Shown here: piece by piece, positions 57,743-64,000 of the stretch
Position numbering within the stretch: position 1 is the stretch's first letter
How the letters are laid out: the number at the start of each line of letters is the position of its first letter
Program-made: the position numbers and the translations under genes
Origin: an uncultured virus (IMG/VR IMGVR_UViG_3300025402_000001)
Lineage: Duplodnaviria; Heunggongvirae; Uroviricota; Caudoviricetes
IMG/VR virus record: IMGVR_UViG_3300025402_000001
DNA: 64,000 nt
Strand: one strand, 5' to 3'
Notes under the pieces: model-generated
Database searches by the model: none
Seen by the model: only the letters and a program-made list of their open reading frames with translations
What the model was told of the DNA's origin: nothing

Positions 57743-59473
57743 CTATTCTCCTATTCCGTGGGCGCGTTCGATGGCGCGGGCGATTTCAATTGGGAAGTAT
57801 TTGTGTTTGGCTATCTCCCAGCATTGGTCTACATACTCTTGAGTTTGTTTGTAGATTTCCATACACTGCTCATCAGTCAACGGGATACGTTGCGCGTCTT
57901 GCCGGTCTTGTGTGGTGAAGGTGGTCATTTCTCGCTTGCCTCTTTTTCTAATTGATGTACTTTGCTCATTGCCTGTGTTGCCAAATTGTGCATATCTTTG
58001 TACTTGCGTTTCCATTCTTCAATTTCTTCACGCATTATTCCAACCACATAGTCTGCGTTATCTAATAAAGCATCTACCTCTGATTTTGATGGCTTATACG
58101 AATGTCTATCAAACCCCCACGGCTCGCTAACCAAATCCCAATTTCTGTTTCTCAACGCCTCTATTTCGGCTTGTTGCTGGCGTAGCATGGTGGCTGCTTC
58201 TTTTAACTTTTCTTTGTCAGAAAATATGTCATGTTCTGCTTCTTTGTAAGTTGTAATCTTTTCTAATTCATCTGCTAGTTCATTTGCGTTCATTTCTCTT
58301 GTGCCTTTCTTAATAGCCACCCAGCAATACAATCAAAGTAGAAAACCAAAGAATTAAATTAACAGTAATAACTACTGTAAAATATATTTGCTGATTATTC
58401 ATTTCTCTTGTGCCTTTCTTAGTATCATTAGGCAATCTTGTACGTCATTTACTGCTTCATCATTACATGACAAACGCAATAAATCTTCAGCCCATTTGAG
58501 AGTGCCAATTAGTTTAGACTTTTCATCAGCCGTTAGTGCCTTTCTTAGCTCATAAAATTCTATGATTGCCTCTGCAAACATCACAGGAAAGTCTGCATCA
58601 GAACCTGCTCTTAATAAACCTTCCGCTATACCGCCTTGATGTAAATAAATATTGTGTATTTCTTCAGTAGTTAATTTCATTTCCCTTGCGCCTTTCTTAG
58701 TAAGTACCCAAAACAAAAAGATAAAATAAACCAAACCGCTAAAGTAATCATTTCTCACTCGCTTTCTTTAGTATTGCTCTAGCAAATAAAGGTAACTCAG
58801 CATTTAGCATAACAACCGCTGGATGCGTTTCGTTCCAACATTCAATTATTTCCTCATCTGTTAGGTTTGCTGGATGGGTGTAAAGTGGAATAGGCTCTGT
58901 TGTTCCTGTAACTTTCCACGCAAACTTAATGTCGTAGACTGTTGCACCTTCACCTTCGGGGTAAAAATGTCCTACTGGTTTTATATTCATTTTTTTGTGG
59001 CTTTCTTAAATAAATCTAGCAATGATATAAACAATAACCGCACCAAGTAACCACCATTTAAAACTTCCATCAAATACCCAGTTTATAAAGTTCATTTGCA
59101 TAACCCATTTCTCCATTTGATTTATAGCGCAATAACTCTCTATTCAACGCCTCTATTTCAGCTTGTTGCTGGCGTAGCATATCGTTAAGTCTTAAAATTA
59201 CTAACTTAGCGCCTTCTAAATCTTCAGCTAGTTCATTTGCGTTCATTTCAGCGCCTCCTTAGCCCACCTAATATGGTCATCGCACTGCCACTTAATCTTG
59301 TCATGGCTAAGCTCAACGTGCTCGTTGGCAATAGACTGTAGTACCTGTTTCAATGCTTCTATTTTAGCTTGTTGCTGGCGTAGCATTTCAATAGCTTGTT
59401 TAACTGCTGGTAAATACCCAACAGAAAGCATCTTTTCAAACTCCTTTAAATCAGCTAGTTCATTTGCGTTCAT
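57743..59473 (-). repeat. cassette-like array of nine small ORFs joined by a conserved junction sequence
   Basis: junction CTAAGAAAGGCACAAGAGAAATGA and variants at 57925, 58290, 58399, 58677, 58748, 58987; three MNANELA..MLRQQQA paralogs. Confidence 0.8.
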
Positions 59474-59597
59474 TTTCTCACCTGTAAAAGTATTGGCCCG
59501 AATCTATAAACATAGTATAAATCGCCACCATTAAAGCGCACTGAGTTCCACTGTAATGGCTCGCCTTTAAACCACGGAGCCTTATAAAATCGTATGT

Positions 59598-60098
59598 TCA
59601 TTCACCATCCTCCACCATAATACCATTATCTCGGCGGTAAATTTCCTCGTCGGTAAACACCTTGGCTATGTGCTCAGGGATGTGGGTCTGCGTCATGCGG
59701 ATGTTGTGGATGTGCATGTTAGACAGCGAGCACACTGGGCGGTATTCCAGTGGTGATCTGCCATCCTTGCCACGACAACCCCAGTGAAAATCAGTACGGA
59801 TCTTTTCGTGTGGGTCTGTGTCGTACACACAGGCGTCTTGGTAGGGCGCGTCATCATGGATGTTGCAACGCTGATAGTCAAGGCCGCCGTCGATCATGTA
59901 CTCCTTACCATTGGCGTCTACATAGGTCTTGTAGTCATGTCTGTTGTAGCTCTGCATCATTGTGCCATCGGGGGTGATGATGCGGTTGGCTAACAGGCGG
60001 GGCTCTTTATTAAAGATCGTGTCCCAGTTGGCCTCAAATTGTTCTTGATTTTGTGGGGCGATTTGTTTGTCACCCTTACCTCCGTCGTGCTTTGTCAT
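59598..60098 (-). CDS. hypothetical protein
   Basis: AGGAG RBS; QSYNRHDY..IDGG.DY motif. Confidence 0.65.
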   Translation of the reverse strand: MTKHDGGKGDKQIAPQNQEQFEANWDTIFNKEPRLLANRIITPDGTMMQSYNRHDYKTYVDANGKEYMIDGGLDYQRCNIHDDAPYQDACVYDTDPHEKIRTDFHWGCRGKDGRSPLEYRPVCSLSNMHIHNIRMTQTHIPEHIAKVFTDEEIYRRDNGIMVEDGE

Positions 60099-60099
60099 G

Positions 60100-60345
60100 C
60101 TATCTCCTAAACAGTGCTGTTGATTTACGTCTGCCGTATACACGGCGAATGCGTAGCGCTTGTATCATGCCGAATGTCTTGTTGCGGTGGCCTTGATGCG
60201 CCCTACGGATTTGCTGCATCTTAAAGCGCAGTACTAGACTAATTGATTTTTGTCTAGTAACAAGTGTCCTACGCCGACCAAACCCCCCAAACACGGAGGT
60301 GAAGTCGTTGCGCTTAATAAACTTGCGTCGGTTAAAGTGTTTCAT
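60100..60345 (-). CDS. Arg-rich small basic protein
   Basis: 81-aa ORF in the operon. Confidence 0.5.
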   Translation of the reverse strand: MKHFNRRKFIKRNDFTSVFGGFGRRRTLVTRQKSISLVLRFKMQQIRRAHQGHRNKTFGMIQALRIRRVYGRRKSTALFRR

Positions 60346-60480
60346 TCTGTGGATTACCAGCTAGGGCAAACTGTGCGTACTGCCACGCTGTATCGCGTAC
60401 CTCTGCGGGGGTTGCGCCCCGTGCAATGAGCCCCATGGTGGCGGCCACTGCAAAGGCAAATAGTTGTTCGTCTTGTGTCA

Positions 60481-62781
60481 TTAAAAAATTCCTTCATCAA
60501 ATGTTTCTATTGAGTCAATATATTTCTGTGCCTTGTCATTAAACTTAACACCCATGTATACGTGTGATCTCTCACCATTGGTGCGTATCAGGTCTGACTT
60601 GACACAGTTCTCCTGTGTCGCGGCTAAGAAACGTCTCTTAAATGCCTGCTCGGTTCCTGGGGCCATTGACTTCTTAAGGGCCCAGTGCTTGTACGCCGAG
60701 AATACATCATCCTTACTTACCACTGCTGACGCCTCAAAGATCAATGCGTCCTCAACAAAAGAGCCAATAGGATTGCCCAGCTCAGCCATAAGGTCTAAGT
60801 ACTCCCTACCTGACTCAGGCTGTACAAAGTGACCGCCCCTTGCAATGCGTCGCTTAAGTCCAGCCATTGCCCAGTTAAAGACGCCGGAAAGTTCTTGCTC
60901 TAGCTTGTGTGATAGGTCTGTGTCCTCCTTGTTAAAGAATGACTTGGTCATCTTAAGCACCAGCATACGTCCGGTAAGCGCGTTAGAGTTCTCAGTTAGC
61001 TGTAGTACCTCATTGGAGTAGATTACTAATCGCGTTGGTAGGTATCCGTTCCAGCTCTCCTTGTTCTTTCTATTGACTGTAATAGTGTCGCCGCCAACAA
61101 TTCTAAGGAGTTGAGAGACAACAGCACTGCGGTTACGCTCAGGGGCACGGGCGTCTGTGAAAGAAGCGAGTAGCTTACCCAGCCAAGGTTGCAGGCCAAA
61201 AGTATCACAAAGTTCTCCTAGTTCTGGCGCGACTGTGTTGTGCTGTCCAAGCAGTGCCACTAGCACCTTGTTGATCGTCCCCTTGCCGGATCTGCGAGGA
61301 CCAATCACGTTAAAAAACTTCTGCTGTCTTGTATCACCCGACAGGATATAACCAAACATCTCCTGCAGTAGGTCGATAGACTCTTGGTCATCAGGCCATA
61401 TAGACTGCAAGAACGCCTCCCACGTTGGGCTTGTGGCTAGTGGGTTGTACTCAAAGGGCAACGAGTTCTGTGTAAAGAAACCCAGTGAGTGCGGTATCAG
61501 TATCGAGTCCTCTAAGTGAAACAACCCATTCATCAGGCTGACCAGCTTTGAGGCCTCAGGCTTGGTGCGTGCGTAGTCCTCCAACCAAATGGGTGGCTTG
61601 GTGTTTGGGTGGTTAGGTAGGTGGACAATCGACTTGACCGCGTCTAACGCGCCCGATACTGAGGCCGGTGATGGGTTAAATGGTGCGAGAGCGCCCTGTT
61701 TGCCGGCCTTCTTGCACTTATCTAGGAAGGTGTACACCCTTGCCCGTATGGTGGCCTCCTCGATGACCTCGTAGTGTGTGCCTACGTGGATATAAAAGTC
61801 GTCGGCGTAGTGCACCAGCTTATAGCCCTCCTCAGAGGAGTAATAGTTATCTAAGAATGTACGGGCGTGGTTCATGGTGCCAGCGTCTAGGATGATGTCT
61901 CCCTTGGCGAGTGCCTGCGTGCGTACCCGCTGGTTCACTTGGAAAATCAATGAGCGCAGTGTGGCACCCGATCCCTTAAATGTCCTCCACTTGTTCTCGC
62001 ATGAGTAGTCACCCGTTGAGGTGTAGGATGAGCCCGTTGCTGACCAGCGATCCCACGCCTCACAGGCCTCCACATCACCGCCAAACTGGTGGTGCAGTAT
62101 GGCGCCGACCTTAAGCCACTCATGGTAACCACAGTTCGGGTCTAACTGGGTGAGTAATTCCGTCTCGACGCGGCTAATATCCCAGTCCTCCACGGGTGGT
62201 GTGTAGTCACCAAACGCGTCGCCGGTGTGTCTTAGTGTGCGCTCGGGGATGACAGAGGTCAGGTCTTGTGGTGTTGTTGGTATGGTGCCTGATAGGTGGT
62301 GCCCTGTGACTGTGAAGAATCGTCCGGTACTGTATGCCTCAAACCCAATGGCGTGATCTGCGTGTGATGCAAACAGGGAGGAGCGTGTGAAAATCTTTAC
62401 CCCTGTCCCCGATGGGCTGATCTCCATGTAACCATCGACTGTGTTGGCTAGATCCTGCATTGCCTGATTGGTGAATCCCTCAATGGTGTGGTCGTAGCAG
62501 TCATCTAGGTCGATGCCCACTAGGTCGTCGTCCTTTGAGAAGACAAACCCAATACCTGAGAACTTATCTGTCGTGTATGCCTCCTCAACCGCAAGGAAGT
62601 CTGTCCATGTCTCGGGGTTGGTCGATGAGGCCGGTCTGCCATTGGTCTGTAGTGGCATTTTTGACCATCTCTTGTTGTCTCCCTCGCCTACCTCCACGAA
62701 CGACCACATCACCCACCTCGGCACCTTTTTGAGTGTGGTGGGGATATTGTGTGTCAGGACGGGTAATGTTGTTGGCTTCAT
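60481..62781 (-). CDS. primase-helicase (AEP primase, PriCT-2, D5-like SF3 helicase)
   Basis: GIDLDDC, EISPSGTG, GRFFTVTG; YHEWLKVG..WDRWS; Walker A GPRRSGKGT. Confidence 0.92.
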   Translation of the reverse strand: MKPTTLPVLTHNIPTTLKKVPRWVMWSFVEVGEGDNKRWSKMPLQTNGRPASSTNPETWTDFLAVEEAYTTDKFSGIGFVFSKDDDLVGIDLDDCYDHTIEGFTNQAMQDLANTVDGYMEISPSGTGVKIFTRSSLFASHADHAIGFEAYSTGRFFTVTGHHLSGTIPTTPQDLTSVIPERTLRHTGDAFGDYTPPVEDWDISRVETELLTQLDPNCGYHEWLKVGAILHHQFGGDVEACEAWDRWSATGSSYTSTGDYSCENKWRTFKGSGATLRSLIFQVNQRVRTQALAKGDIILDAGTMNHARTFLDNYYSSEEGYKLVHYADDFYIHVGTHYEVIEEATIRARVYTFLDKCKKAGKQGALAPFNPSPASVSGALDAVKSIVHLPNHPNTKPPIWLEDYARTKPEASKLVSLMNGLFHLEDSILIPHSLGFFTQNSLPFEYNPLATSPTWEAFLQSIWPDDQESIDLLQEMFGYILSGDTRQQKFFNVIGPRRSGKGTINKVLVALLGQHNTVAPELGELCDTFGLQPWLGKLLASFTDARAPERNRSAVVSQLLRIVGGDTITVNRKNKESWNGYLPTRLVIYSNEVLQLTENSNALTGRMLVLKMTKSFFNKEDTDLSHKLEQELSGVFNWAMAGLKRRIARGGHFVQPESGREYLDLMAELGNPIGSFVEDALIFEASAVVSKDDVFSAYKHWALKKSMAPGTEQAFKRRFLAATQENCVKSDLIRTNGERSHVYMGVKFNDKAQKYIDSIETFDEGIF

Positions 62782-62800
62782 AGTTCCTTTCTTCTTACCT

Positions 62801-62891
62801 ATATAAATGCAAAAACTAGGGTATTTGTGGTTTCATAATGTGAAATATGGTGTAAATTGTATTAGGGTAAACCCTATTAGGGTAAACCCTA
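62801..62891 (-). promoter_or_regulatory. primase promoter region with operator palindromes
   Basis: TGCATTTATAT variant at 62801-62811; TTTCATAATGTGAAA at 62831-62845; TAGGGTAAACCCTA twice at 62863-62891. Confidence 0.65.
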
Positions 62892-62932
62892 ACTACTAGA
62901 TGTAGTGTTTTTCCAGTGGTCAACCACTAGAT

Positions 62933-63051
62933 TTGTATGGGTAGTATGGGTAGTACCCCTTACTTTATCATTTTTAATATTTTTAAAAAAATAAAAACGT
63001 AGTAGTGGGTAAAGTGCGTTTATACCCGTACTACCCATACTACCCATACAA
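62933..63051. repeat. copy 2 of inverted-end element (perfect 24-bp IR), candidate origin
   Basis: TTGTATGGGTAGTATGGGTAGTAC ... GTACTACCCATACTACCCATACAA around an AT-rich core. Confidence 0.85.
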
Positions 63052-63084
63052 TCAAAAATTCCGCCCCAATGGATTAAAATAAAG

Positions 63085-63237
63085 TTAGAGGCAGAACACA
63101 GTCCCGTTTGGGGCTGGCATGCAGGTCACTACCCTGCCGTCAGGGGTGAATACCACTGTGTCTGCCAGTGCATAGGCAATGTGCCCTAGGAAGTAAACGG
63201 CGGTAACAAGCAATAAGATTTTGATAAACATGTTCAT
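63085..63237 (-). CDS. small secreted two-Cys peptide
   Basis: hand-translated: signal peptide then DTVVFTPDGRVVTC..TVFCL. Confidence 0.6.
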   Translation of the reverse strand: MNMFIKILLLVTAVYFLGHIAYALADTVVFTPDGRVVTCMPAPNGTVFCL

Positions 63238-63434
63238 AGTTTCACCTGATAGTTTAAGTTGTCATTTAGGAAGTTATACGCCCACTTCCGGAAGGCCACT
63301 CGGTTTTCATTGGTCTGCTCATCTGTCGGATCCCACTCTGCCACTAAGACAAACTCCCCCTCTAGATTGTTAAACTCGATGCCAATAAGGTCACCATCTT
63401 GGTAGATATCGGTTGGTATTACTTCTTGTTTCAT
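63234..63434 (-). CDS. hypothetical protein
   Basis: ATGA-coupled ORF with AAGGAG RBS. Confidence 0.6.
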   Translation of the reverse strand: MKQEVIPTDIYQDGDLIGIEFNNLEGEFVLVAEWDPTDEQTNENRVAFRKWAYNFLNDNLNYQVKL

Positions 63435-63742
63435 AGTTGCTCCTTGGTTAATTGTTTCTCTTCCCAGTTATCGGGCGACCCATAGTCCCCACGGCTGGAG
63501 CGCATACGCTCCTCGTCTCGGTATCGTGGCTCTACTGTCCACCACGCCAGTGAGGCCTCCTTGTACTCTAGGAAGTCATCATTAGGCTCAAACAGGGGAT
63601 GGTTCATGCCCTCTATGTCGACTGTACATACCACGTCTGCCTGCCGTACCCATGGCGTGCCACGTAGCTTGTTGCGCGCCCTTATAAAGCGGTTGTACAC
63701 CTTGGTCTGCTCGGTTGATAGGTGTGTCATATTACTCCTCAT
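63431..63742 (-). CDS. hypothetical protein (likely start 63730)
   Basis: ORF after the sigma gene with GAGGAG RBS. Confidence 0.6.
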   Translation of the reverse strand: MRSNMTHLSTEQTKVYNRFIRARNKLRGTPWVRQADVVCTVDIEGMNHPLFEPNDDFLEYKEASLAWWTVEPRYRDEERMRSSRGDYGSPDNWEEKQLTKEQL

Positions 63743-64000
63743 TTTCTTCTAAGAACTTCTCATTTTCAAGTGAGTCCAATGATACTGGCTCACGGCTGAT
63801 GTACCCCCTAAGCTGGTGCACCCTTGATACACTGATGTCAAGTATGGCAGATAGCTCGGTCACTGTTGGCTCACGTCCCAGTAACTGAGACAGTACACGC
63901 TCCTCGTACTTCATCTTCTTGATGTTCAGCATGATGTTGACCGGCAGTCGGATAATGTTTGAGGTGTTGTTGAGCTCACGCAGTACAAACCGCCTGATAA
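63732..64000 (-). CDS. sigma70-family factor, 5' part outside window; ends after region 3
   Basis: frame open to the window edge: IRRFVLRELNNTSNIIRLPVNI..LGREPTVTELS..REPVSLDS, matching RpoD IRQAITR..TIRIPVHM..MGREPTPEELA..KEPISME. Confidence 0.85.
   Translation of the reverse strand, partial: IRRFVLRELNNTSNIIRLPVNIMLNIKKMKYEERVLSQLLGREPTVTELSAILDISVSRVHQLRGYISREPVSLDSLENEKFLEENEE

Noticed and set aside
1..64000. tRNA/rRNA genes, integrase, stop-codon recoding
   Set aside because: None recognised by eye; core genes are intact under the standard code

Overview
Most of the genome of a tailed phage, podovirus-like (portal, scaffold, capsid, tail-tube and ejection proteins, no tape measure). 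The host is probably a Gram-negative proteobacterium (embedded Rz/Rz1 spanins). There are two arms. A + strand late arm (2652-43464) covers packaging, head, fibres, lysis and ejected proteins. A - strand early/replication arm starts at a sigma70 promoter near 1700 with a SAM lyase as first gene and appears to resume at 64000 running to 43448 (sigma factor, primase-helicase, small-gene array, SNF2 helicase, Cas4-like nuclease, SSB, class II RNR, PolA). Eight free-standing homing endonucleases are present. Main observations: (1) a sigma70 gene that stops after region 3, a separate sigma4-like ORF, and about 15 copies of a bipartite phage promoter, suggesting a split sigma factor; (2) a covarying pseudoknotted leader in front of two HNH genes; (3) a type II hammerhead ribozyme right after the SAM lyase; (4) three composite NtrC-type operator units; (5) an extein-less, catalytically degenerate intein next to terL; (6) a small-gene cassette array joined by a conserved 24-bp stop/start junction; (7) a recurring AxGG motif in virion proteins. 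All protein calls come from motif recognition by eye; no database searches were run.
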